From: a virus
Lineage: Duplodnaviria > Caudoviricetes
Length of the DNA stretch: 51,610 nt
IMG/VR virus record: IMGVR_UViG_3300008107_000554
Coordinates: 1 to 51,610 of that record
Direction: 5' to 3' (one strand)
This document shows positions 1-15,801 of the stretch, in pieces. The notes beneath the pieces were generated by a model. The model saw only the letters and a program-made list of their open reading frames with translations. It ran no database searches and was not told where the DNA came from. The position numbers and the translations under genes were made by a program. The number at the start of each line of letters is the position of its first letter. Position 1 is the stretch's first letter.

Positions 1-1
1 C

Positions 2-331
2 GGCGATACGGTGGAGATTGCGGTGGATTTTCTCCCGTCGCCCCTCCCGCCCAAGCTCTCGATCCGCGTGATGGGCATCGACACGCCGGAGAAGGCACCG
101 CGCGCCCAGTGTGATGCCGAGGCTGCACTTGCAAAGAAGGCCAGCGCCTTCACTAAGAACGCCGTGGCCAACGCCCTTGAGGTCGACATCAAAATCCTCA
201 AGTGGGACAAGTACGGTGGCCGTGTGCTGGGCGACGTCTATCTGGATCACCAGAGTCTCGCCGAAAGTCTCGTCTCCGCTGGGCTGGCCCGGCACTACAA
301 AGGTGATGCCAAGCAATCTTGGTGCGAATAG
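2..331 (+). CDS. Thermonuclease (SNase-like) family protein, 5'-truncated by the window edge
   Basis: The frame is open from base 2 (GDTVEIAV, the tail of the DGDT motif). It also has IRVMGIDTPE, DKYGGRVLG and LVSAGLAR, all SNase motifs. Confidence 0.85.
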   Translation, partial: GDTVEIAVDFLPSPLPPKLSIRVMGIDTPEKAPRAQCDAEAALAKKASAFTKNAVANALEVDIKILKWDKYGGRVLGDVYLDHQSLAESLVSAGLARHYKGDAKQSWCE

Positions 332-341
332 GAGAACATAG

Positions 342-1199
342 ATGAGCCTGATTACCGTAGACCAGCTGCGTGCCATGATCCCAAACAACAAAGAGGTCGA
401 GGCTTGGTGCGAGGAGCTGAACAAGGCACTGCCGAAGTACGACATCACCACTGACCAGCGCATCGCTGGCTTCATCTCGCAGTGCGCCCATGAGTCGGCG
501 GACTTCACTGCCATGAGCGAGAACCTCAACTACCGCGAGGAGACGCTGAACAAAGTCTTCCCGCGCTACTTCGGCCCCGGCAAGCGCAACGCTGCAGAGT
601 ATGCCAAGAACCCCGAGAAGATCGCCAATTACGTCTACATGGACGAGTTCCGCACATCCAAGCTGGGCAACACCCAGCCGGGCGACGGCTGGCGCTTCCG
701 CGGCCGCGGACTCAAGCAGCTCACTGGCCGTGACAACTACACTCGCTTCGCCAAGGACTACGACATGACGGCAGAAGAAGCCGCTGTGTGGGTGGAGACT
801 AAAGAGGGCGCACTTGCCTCGGCTCTGTGGTTCTGGAACACCAACAAGCTGAACGCCATCGCGGACACCGGCAGCGTTCCGGCGCTCACGAAAAAGATCA
901 ACGGCGGTGACATCGGCCTCGCCGATCGTCAGGCCCGCTACACCCGCGCCATGGCTGCACTTGGTGGTAAGATCACAGCGCCCGCACCAGCTGCCGCAGC
1001 CGCTGCCGCCTCGGGTGGCACGCTACGCAAAGGATCGAAAGGCGACGACGTCAAGCAAATGCAGGCCAAGTTGGGTCTCGCAGCTGATGGCGACTTCGGC
1101 CCCGGCACTGAGGCCGCACTCAAGAAGTGGCAGGCCGCAAACGGACTTACCGCCGACGGCGTAGCTGGCCCTAAAACATTGGCTAAACTGCTCGGGTGA
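342..1199 (+). CDS. Endolysin: glycoside hydrolase family 19 with C-terminal peptidoglycan-binding domain
   Basis: GH19 motifs AGFISQCAHES, GDGWRFRGRGLKQLTGRDNY and TKKINGG. An Ala linker leads to LRKGSKGDDVKQMQ..DGDFGPGT..DGVAGPKT (PG_binding_1). GGAG RBS. Confidence 0.92.
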   Translation: MSLITVDQLRAMIPNNKEVEAWCEELNKALPKYDITTDQRIAGFISQCAHESADFTAMSENLNYREETLNKVFPRYFGPGKRNAAEYAKNPEKIANYVYMDEFRTSKLGNTQPGDGWRFRGRGLKQLTGRDNYTRFAKDYDMTAEEAAVWVETKEGALASALWFWNTNKLNAIADTGSVPALTKKINGGDIGLADRQARYTRAMAALGGKITAPAPAAAAAAASGGTLRKGSKGDDVKQMQAKLGLAADGDFGPGTEAALKKWQAANGLTADGVAGPKTLAKLLG

Positions 1200-1278
1200 T
1201 GTAAGGTAACTGCCCGGGCTGCCCCAACCCGAAGAAGTGCACCGCCATGGGCAAGTGCATGAAGAAGGCTGCCAAAAA

Positions 1279-3717
1279 GTGACAACGAGTAAGATCGCCG
1301 AGTTCAAAGGGACGTTGCCGCGCATCTCCCCGGAGCTTCTTCCGGGGACAGCGGCGCAGATTGCGACCGACGCAAAGCTCTACTCCGGCGATCTTATTCC
1401 CATCCCCACCCCCGTGGTGGCTGCGGCCGCTGGCCGTACCGGCACGATCAAGACGCTCTACGCATTGCGCGATCCATCGACGAGCGTACTCAAGTGGCTG
1501 ACTTGGGCGGGCGAGATTGACATCGCTACCCCTGCGGCAGACGAGCTGAACGAGCAGCGGTTCTACTACACCGGCGACGGCGTGCCTAAGGTCAGCACCT
1601 ACGCGCTGGCCACTGCTGGCCTTGCTCCCTATCCGGCCACGGGTGGGTACTACGAACTCGGGCTGCCGCTGCCTACGGCAACCCCCACGGCTACGCCGAC
1701 CTCGTTCACCACGGTCAGCTCTGCGAGCTTCGCCCGCGACGGCGGCGGTAACGTGACGCTTGTCACCGGCACCGCGCACAACGTCAAAGACGGCGCTCTG
1801 GTGACTGTGTCCGGGTTTTCGTACCGGACCGGGACTTACTCGCGCACCGGCACCACGATCACGGTAACGATTAGCGACCACGGGTTGGTGACTGGCGGTC
1901 GTATTTACATCGAGTTTACCTCGGGCACCGCAACCACCAACGCCTACACCGTGACCGTCACTGGCACCAACACCTTCACTGTGGTCGACACCGTGTCAGG
2001 CTCCACCTCTGGTGACTGCCGCTGGGACATCCGCGACCTCAACGTCACCACGACAGCGACGGTCATTAACTCCACAACGCTGACCTACTTCTCGCCCGGG
2101 GCACAGATTGGTGCTACCACGAGCACAGCAGGGCGACTCGATCTCGGCGGATCGGTCCAATCACGCAACTACCTCTACACGTGGTACACGCCGTGGGATG
2201 AGGAGTCGATCGGCTCAGAGCCGTCGACTGCTATCTTCATTAAGGAAGGTCAGATCGTCACGGTGTCCGGCCTGCCGACTGCACCACCTGCTGGCGACAA
2301 CTTCATCCGTGGCATCCGCCTCTACCGAACTTTGGCTACGACCGCGCAGACAGCCGAGGCGGACTACTTTCGCTTGGCCACCTTGTGGTTCCCGCAGGCC
2401 ATCGCTTCCGTGGCGCGAACGTCTAACACTGTCACGCTCAAGTTCGCAGAGCCACACAAGTTCATCGTGGACGACAGGTTCAAACTGTCCGGCTGCAGCG
2501 AGGCTGGGTTTGACATCACCGGGGGAGTTGTCCTCAGCACCCCCGATCGGTTCACGATCACATACACCCTAGCTGGCTCCAACCTAGCGACCACGACTGC
2601 GACCGGTACGGTCTACTACGACGTTTCCGAGAACCCCCCAGTGGATGCGGCTCGATACTGGGGCGATGCGTCGTACAACTTTACCGATGACTTCAACTAC
2701 CGCAGCTTGCTCGACACACTGGCGTCCACTGAGTACGATCCGCCGCCCGCCGATCTGCAGGGCATCACGGTTATCCAGAACAATATCATGGTCGGGTTCG
2801 CAGGCAACGACGTCTACTTCTCTGAGCCGGGCGAGTTCCATGCGTGGCCGGTCAAGTACAAAATCTCGCTGGAATATAACATCGTCGGCATGGTCGCCCT
2901 TGGTAGCGACCTACTCGTGATGACTGAGGGCTTCCCCTATGTGATCTCCGGGTCCGACCCGGCAGTTCTGTCAACCACGCGGTACTCGACCAACTACCCC
3001 TGCCTCAGCAAGCGCAGCATCGTGCAGACCGATGTCGGTGTCATGTACGCTACCCACGAAGGGCTGGCGCTGGCATCGTTTGTAGGTGGTGTCCAGATCG
3101 CTACAGCCCCAGCGCACAGTCCAGACACGTGGAACGCAGCACTGAACCCCAGCACGGTGGTGGGCGCGTTCTATGACAGCATGTACTTCGGCTCCCACAG
3201 CACGGGCGCGTTCTTCTATCGCCGCTCGCAGGACGGGCAGTCCCCGGGCGACTTTGTCAACTTTGACCTGACGTTCACTGCCACGTGGTTTGATCCCGTT
3301 ATGGGGGCGCTTTACTATGTCACCGGAACCAGTGGTGACATCGTGCGCTGGGATGATCCGACTCAGCCGAACGCGGACTACGCGTGGAAGTCCAAAGTGT
3401 TCGTGTCGCAGGTGCCGTTCAACCTCGGCGCCGCGCGTGTAATCGGTGACTACACCGGCGTTACACCGTCCCCGATCTGGGGGCAGTACGACGAGGAGTG
3501 GCAGGATGCTGACGTACTTTGGGCCGTAACAGAGCCGGTCACCTTCACGCTGTACGCGAACAAGACCGCAGTGTTAACAACAACGCTGGCGTCAAGTGAT
3601 GTGTTCCGACTGCCTGCAGGCTATAAGACAGACACCTACGAGTTCCAAGTTGCGGGCACTGTCCGAGTGCGTGCAGTCCACCTTGGTGAAACACCGGCTT
3701 CACTGGCGAGATCGTAA
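1279..3717 (+). CDS. Tail tubular/nozzle (DNA stabilization) protein with inserted Thr-rich beta repeats
   Basis: About 810 aa with beta-propeller-like segments (VYFSEPGEFHAWP, PCLSKRSIV, VMYATHEGL). It lies upstream of the ejection genes. GTG start at 1279 is chosen over 1237. Confidence 0.65.
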   Translation: MTTSKIAEFKGTLPRISPELLPGTAAQIATDAKLYSGDLIPIPTPVVAAAAGRTGTIKTLYALRDPSTSVLKWLTWAGEIDIATPAADELNEQRFYYTGDGVPKVSTYALATAGLAPYPATGGYYELGLPLPTATPTATPTSFTTVSSASFARDGGGNVTLVTGTAHNVKDGALVTVSGFSYRTGTYSRTGTTITVTISDHGLVTGGRIYIEFTSGTATTNAYTVTVTGTNTFTVVDTVSGSTSGDCRWDIRDLNVTTTATVINSTTLTYFSPGAQIGATTSTAGRLDLGGSVQSRNYLYTWYTPWDEESIGSEPSTAIFIKEGQIVTVSGLPTAPPAGDNFIRGIRLYRTLATTAQTAEADYFRLATLWFPQAIASVARTSNTVTLKFAEPHKFIVDDRFKLSGCSEAGFDITGGVVLSTPDRFTITYTLAGSNLATTTATGTVYYDVSENPPVDAARYWGDASYNFTDDFNYRSLLDTLASTEYDPPPADLQGITVIQNNIMVGFAGNDVYFSEPGEFHAWPVKYKISLEYNIVGMVALGSDLLVMTEGFPYVISGSDPAVLSTTRYSTNYPCLSKRSIVQTDVGVMYATHEGLALASFVGGVQIATAPAHSPDTWNAALNPSTVVGAFYDSMYFGSHSTGAFFYRRSQDGQSPGDFVNFDLTFTATWFDPVMGALYYVTGTSGDIVRWDDPTQPNADYAWKSKVFVSQVPFNLGAARVIGDYTGVTPSPIWGQYDEEWQDADVLWAVTEPVTFTLYANKTAVLTTTLASSDVFRLPAGYKTDTYEFQVAGTVRVRAVHLGETPASLARS

Positions 3718-5399
3718 TGGCACGGTTCACAGGTATCCCCTCACTGCCACAGATCGGCGTAGAAGAATGGCAGTTCCGTACCCTCGGCGCCATGAAACAA
3801 AACATCGAGCTTCTGATCGGCACTCGTGGCGAACAAGACTTGTCCAGTCGGGCATTGCTAAAATCGTCAGTCACTATTACCGGTACACCAGAACCTTCCA
3901 TTCGTGCAGTATCTGCTGTAGGATCGGGGTTTACAATCAGTGGTGCACAGGTACCGTCCTTGTCCGACTATCAGTTGCTGGTTCGTGACGTGCAATCTCT
4001 GACAAAGATACCCGGCATGGCAAAGGCCCCTTCTAAAGGCGGATACACCGGCTTCAAGGACATGTTTGACGGCGGCGGTCCGGGCAAGTCTGGTCCTACG
4101 TTCTCGGGTGGCGGTGCGATCTCGGCGGGTGGTAATGCTTTGGGTATTGCTCCGGCCGGGCAGGGTGGCGGCGGCAGCTATAACCCCGGCGGTGTAAACA
4201 CCAACAAACCGGGCAACAAGGTGAACCAAGCGGTTGCAATGCTAGGCGGCACTCAGGGTGCGCCCACGGCGGCGGACCGCCCTGCCCCTAATCCAACGTA
4301 TGCAACTGCGGCCCCCGCAGCTATGCCAGCGCCAGCCGGTGGTAACTTTGGCGGTGGCGGTGGCGGTGGCGGTGGCGGTGGCGGTGGCGGTGGCGGTGTT
4401 ACGATTACCCCCACGACGCCAATCATGCCAGTGGTCCTTCCGGTAACTCCCCCGGTGACGCCGCCAAGTGGTGGCTCGGACTCCATTGACTCCGGTTACA
4501 TAGACCCTGCCATCTCTGGTTACATAGACCCTGCTATTGGTGAGGAAGTGAGCCGTCGCAACGCCGAGCGTTCGCGCGTCCCCTCTTACGCAGCTGGTGG
4601 CTACGTGGGCAAAGACGGTATGCCGATCCGCCCAACGACAGCGTCGCTTGATCTGCCTCCGGCGCTCGCTCGCATGCTTGACATGCCGATGCAGTCTTAC
4701 GCTGAGGGCGGGATGGTCGGTCCCGGCGGCATGCCGCAGCGCCCGATGACTTCTCCCATGGCTATGAACGTGGCCCAGCAGGGCGGTGCTCCTGTGGTTG
4801 GTCTCGCCCCGCAGGGCGGTCAGGGCCGTCCGCTTAACTTCGCTGCCATCGACCAGCAGGCGCAGCAGTTCATGCAGCAGAACCCGCAACAGGTCGAACA
4901 GATCAAGGCCACTGTCCAGCAAGCCATGGATGCCGGCGAGATCGACGCCCAGAGCCTCAACATGTTCGTGCAGGTTGCCACGACCGCGCTGCAGAACCCG
5001 GAGATGTGGCCGCAGCTGCGCCAAGTTCTGATCCAGCAGGGCATGCTGGACGCTGAGGACGTCGCTGCTGAGTACGACCAAGGGTTCCTCATCATCCTCT
5101 ACATCATCGGCAAGACCATGGGTGGTGGGCAAATGACCACGCCTGCGCAAGGCAACATGCCGATGTCCGCAGGACAGGCGCCTCAGATGTCGATGGCTAA
5201 AGGTGGCCCGCTGCCCGCCAAGAGCAAGAACCCGGACGGGTCGATCCCGATCAACGCTCACGAGGGCGAGTACGTCATCCCTGCTGACGTGGTTCGGAGG
5301 CTGGGCACTGACCATCTCGACAAGATGATTGCCAAGACGCGCGGCGCGGACGGCAAGGGGAAGATGAACGACGACGATTACGAAGAAGGAGAGATGTAA
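3717..5399 (+). CDS. Virion-associated Gly/Pro/Gln-rich protein; probably two genes joined near 4000
   Basis: Composition changes abruptly after VRDVQSL. The distal part has DMFDGGGPG, (Y/M)AxGG three times and GEYVIPADVV. There is a candidate internal ATG at 4017. Confidence 0.5.
   Translation: MARFTGIPSLPQIGVEEWQFRTLGAMKQNIELLIGTRGEQDLSSRALLKSSVTITGTPEPSIRAVSAVGSGFTISGAQVPSLSDYQLLVRDVQSLTKIPGMAKAPSKGGYTGFKDMFDGGGPGKSGPTFSGGGAISAGGNALGIAPAGQGGGGSYNPGGVNTNKPGNKVNQAVAMLGGTQGAPTAADRPAPNPTYATAAPAAMPAPAGGNFGGGGGGGGGGGGGGGGVTITPTTPIMPVVLPVTPPVTPPSGGSDSIDSGYIDPAISGYIDPAIGEEVSRRNAERSRVPSYAAGGYVGKDGMPIRPTTASLDLPPALARMLDMPMQSYAEGGMVGPGGMPQRPMTSPMAMNVAQQGGAPVVGLAPQGGQGRPLNFAAIDQQAQQFMQQNPQQVEQIKATVQQAMDAGEIDAQSLNMFVQVATTALQNPEMWPQLRQVLIQQGMLDAEDVAAEYDQGFLIILYIIGKTMGGGQMTTPAQGNMPMSAGQAPQMSMAKGGPLPAKSKNPDGSIPINAHEGEYVIPADVVRRLGTDHLDKMIAKTRGADGKGKMNDDDYEEGEM
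4350..4397 (+). repeat. (GGCGGT)8 microsatellite encoding Gly16
   Basis: Perfect hexamer tandem repeat read directly from the sequence. Confidence 0.95.
4491..4538 (+). repeat. 24-bp in-frame tandem duplication (SGYIDPAI x2)
   Basis: tccggttacatagaccctgccatc / tctggttacatagaccctgctatt, differing only at synonymous positions. Confidence 0.9.
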
Positions 5400-6352
5400 T
5401 GGGCTTCCTGTCAAAACTATGGAAGGGCATTAAGAAAGTGGCCGGGGCTGTGGCCATGATCGCCGCTCCCTTTATCGCTGCCCCAATCGCTGGCGCCATC
5501 GGTATTTCCGGGGCCATTGGTACCGCCCTGACAGGTGCTGCCATTGGTGGTCTCGGTGCGTCTGCAGCGGGTGTTAACCCCATGGTCGGTGCCGCCATTG
5601 GTGGTCTCGGTAGTTTCCTCGCCGCTCCTGCAGCCGGCGGGACAAGCGGTGGTCTGTTCGGCAAAGGTGGTCTGTTCGGTGGTCCAGCTCCGGGCTCGAC
5701 TGCGTCTATGCTTGGCACCACTGGCGCTGCCGGAACTGCCGGAACTGCTGCTACCGCTGCTGGAACTGCCGCCGCGCCCGCTGCCGCCGCCGGACTTACT
5801 GCCGCGGCTCCCGCTGCTCGTGGGTTCTTCTCCGGCCTCAACATTGGAAACCTCGCTCCGGTCGCCATGGCTCTGTTTGGCAAAGCGCCGCAGGACCTGA
5901 CCCCGGTCGAACGGGAAGCCGTGGAGCGCAACATGGAGACTGCCGCCGTTGAGCGCGGCGTGTTTAACGAGCGCCTTGGCGCTGCGCGTTCTCTGCTCCA
6001 AGCCGGTGAGGCCAACCCCGAGCGTGCGTTTGCTGAGGCTCAGATGGGTACTCAGCGTGGCCTGCGTGATGTCGAGCGGACTGCTGCCATCTCTGGTCGT
6101 CCGGGTCTCCAGACTGCGGAGCGTCGTCGTGCTGCCATCGAGGGCACCCGTGTGGGCACTGCCGCTGTCACTGGTGAGCAGGCTCGTGCCGCACAGACCA
6201 AAGCCGCGGGGCTTGCGCAGTTGCCCACCGACGTACCTACGACCGGCGCAGAGCTGAACATGGCGATCTACGAAGACCTGTACAAACGCCGGTCCAATTT
6301 TGCTAAAGACTTGGCTGGCGGTTTCGGGCAGATGTACGGTAATATCGCCTAA
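5399..6352 (+). CDS. Putative DNA ejection / internal virion protein (Gly/Ala-rich, hydrophobic N-half)
   Basis: Amphipathic MGFLSKLWKGIKKVAG start, Gly-rich hydrophobic segments and a helical C-half. Its position is analogous to P22 gp7 / T7 gp14. Confidence 0.6.
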   Translation: MGFLSKLWKGIKKVAGAVAMIAAPFIAAPIAGAIGISGAIGTALTGAAIGGLGASAAGVNPMVGAAIGGLGSFLAAPAAGGTSGGLFGKGGLFGGPAPGSTASMLGTTGAAGTAGTAATAAGTAAAPAAAAGLTAAAPAARGFFSGLNIGNLAPVAMALFGKAPQDLTPVEREAVERNMETAAVERGVFNERLGAARSLLQAGEANPERAFAEAQMGTQRGLRDVERTAAISGRPGLQTAERRRAAIEGTRVGTAAVTGEQARAAQTKAAGLAQLPTDVPTTGAELNMAIYEDLYKRRSNFAKDLAGGFGQMYGNIA

Positions 6353-6364
6353 TAGGAGGCACTC

Positions 6365-8329
6365 ATGGTCCAGACGTTCGGTAAGCGCATCATCGGTGGC
6401 ATCGGTGCCCCGGGCGGTGGCATGTCGGAAACCTTCGGCGCGGGTGTCAACACCGCACTTGGCCAGCGCGAGTCGCGCCAAGCCATGCGGCTTAACGACA
6501 TCGACCTGCAGTGGAAAACTGAGGACCGTGAGGAAGCCAAGCGTCGTCGCGCTGCGGCAGACGCTGCTGCGGCTGCAGCTCGTGCAAAAACCGCAGCGCT
6601 CAATGAGCAGTACATAAAAATCTTTGGCGACGGAGCAGGCGCGAGTCGCGCGCCCGGGCTCAACCTCAACACACCGGCCGGGCCGGGCCGGGATCGGCAA
6701 GGGACTGCGGCGCCAGCACCAGTAGCTACTCGCCCTGCAGCGGCGGGCGTGCGGATCGAGGCTGGTCCGCGTCCGCGACTGTCCTACGGAGCCACTGGCG
6801 GCGGCGTGGTAGCCACTGGTGCTGGCTCGGGTTCGACCAGTGGAGACGCTATTAGCGGGGGCGCGGGTACTGACCAGCTCGGCGGCGGCACTGGCACCGA
6901 CCAACTTGTCGTGCCCTCGTGGGCCAATAGGCCTATCTACACCACCGAGGTTGACCCGAACGCCCCACAGTTTAGCCAAACTATGGGCGGCATCTACCGC
7001 AGCGGGGACATCTCGCGGGAGGTAGAGCGCATCACACGTGGGCTGCTGAACGGAGACTACGGTTTGTCCGCAGGCACTGTCGGCGGCATGATTGGATATT
7101 TTACCGACTCGCCAGCGGATGTCGAACGTCGGCAGGCGCTGACTGATGCACTGGACTGGTTCCAGAGCAGCGAAGCGGACGCAATCTTCCAAAAGACTCC
7201 AGAGCTGCTGTACGACGCGAGGCAAGACCCCGTTGGGTTTGCGGCTCGTTTTAAAGGCGGCGCCGCTCCGGCGACAGCCGGAGTTTCCGTCGGTGCGGCA
7301 GATACCATACGCGCAACGGAGTTCTTCACGCCGACGCCGACAGTGACCATCCAAGGTCCTAATGGCCCCATGACTGTTCCGGCCAGTGAAGTGGTGGACG
7401 AAAACGACGCCACGTTCCCCACGGGCACCGTGGACCCCAACGCTGTCTCCACAGACATGGCACGGGTTCGGTTCGGACCGCAACTTGGTGCCACTCCGCG
7501 CTCATCTGAGCAGATTGCGATGGATGAGTTTGTACTTGCCACAGGGTTCGACCGTAATCCCCCGCCAAAAATGGGCGAACCCGGGCTGCCGGGGAAAGCC
7601 ATCACTGACCTGCTTGCGCAACGTGACAAGCAAGTCCAGTGGGCGCAAGCGCTTATTGCCGCCGGACAGTACTCTGATGCGCAGGCTGTGCAGGAGCAGA
7701 TCGCCTCCATCGACAGCAGATTGGAAGCATCCGTGGCTCGGCAGGCTGTTGAGGAAGCCCGCGATTTCAACGCGCCGCAACGTCTGAACGCGATCTGGTC
7801 GGAGAACACGGCCCGTAACTACGAGTTCGTACCCACCGCAGCTGGTGTGTTTGACGTCTACGTCGACGGACGACTGCAGATCACCGGTGCGCAGATGAGC
7901 GACATCGCCGAGCAGACCCTTATGATGTCTGACCAAGTTTACGCGCAGCGTCAGGCAGACTTGGCGGCTAAATTCGCTGAGGCTGAGGCTACAGCTGGCG
8001 GTACGGCTTCGGGCGAAGCTCCGTTCGCGGAGCAACAGGCGCTGCTAGAGGCTGACATCGCGGTCACGCAAGCCGGTCTCATGGCTCAGATCGACGTCGA
8101 CAAGGACATGAACATCAAGGTCAACGACCTCACCAAGCAACGCCTAGAGGCGGCGTTGCGCGCAAATGGTGTTCTCCCACAAGAGGCACGCGAGTTTACG
8201 TACAAAGACACCGCAGCTGGTGGTATCGTCGTACTAGACGGCGGTACAGTCGTCGTGGAATACATACCGAGGGTAAACAAGAGCGAAGACGGCACTGAGT
8301 TCGTCACTCTTGTACCCGTGAACCAGTAA
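6365..8329 (+). CDS. Putative internal virion / ejection protein
   Basis: 654 aa, Ala/Gln-rich and helical, AGGAGG RBS, lying between the other ejection-type genes. Confidence 0.55.
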   Translation: MVQTFGKRIIGGIGAPGGGMSETFGAGVNTALGQRESRQAMRLNDIDLQWKTEDREEAKRRRAAADAAAAAARAKTAALNEQYIKIFGDGAGASRAPGLNLNTPAGPGRDRQGTAAPAPVATRPAAAGVRIEAGPRPRLSYGATGGGVVATGAGSGSTSGDAISGGAGTDQLGGGTGTDQLVVPSWANRPIYTTEVDPNAPQFSQTMGGIYRSGDISREVERITRGLLNGDYGLSAGTVGGMIGYFTDSPADVERRQALTDALDWFQSSEADAIFQKTPELLYDARQDPVGFAARFKGGAAPATAGVSVGAADTIRATEFFTPTPTVTIQGPNGPMTVPASEVVDENDATFPTGTVDPNAVSTDMARVRFGPQLGATPRSSEQIAMDEFVLATGFDRNPPPKMGEPGLPGKAITDLLAQRDKQVQWAQALIAAGQYSDAQAVQEQIASIDSRLEASVARQAVEEARDFNAPQRLNAIWSENTARNYEFVPTAAGVFDVYVDGRLQITGAQMSDIAEQTLMMSDQVYAQRQADLAAKFAEAEATAGGTASGEAPFAEQQALLEADIAVTQAGLMAQIDVDKDMNIKVNDLTKQRLEAALRANGVLPQEAREFTYKDTAAGGIVVLDGGTVVVEYIPRVNKSEDGTEFVTLVPVNQ

Positions 8330-8340
8330 GGGAGCCAACC

Positions 8341-15797
<7,457 letters not shown>

Positions 15798-15801
<4 letters not shown>

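Noticed and set aside
5417-7483. 688-aa minus-strand ORF (likewise 10822-12732, 13219-14754, 4242-5414)
   Set aside because: These are antisense to well-supported virion genes, are low-complexity translations and lack an RBS.
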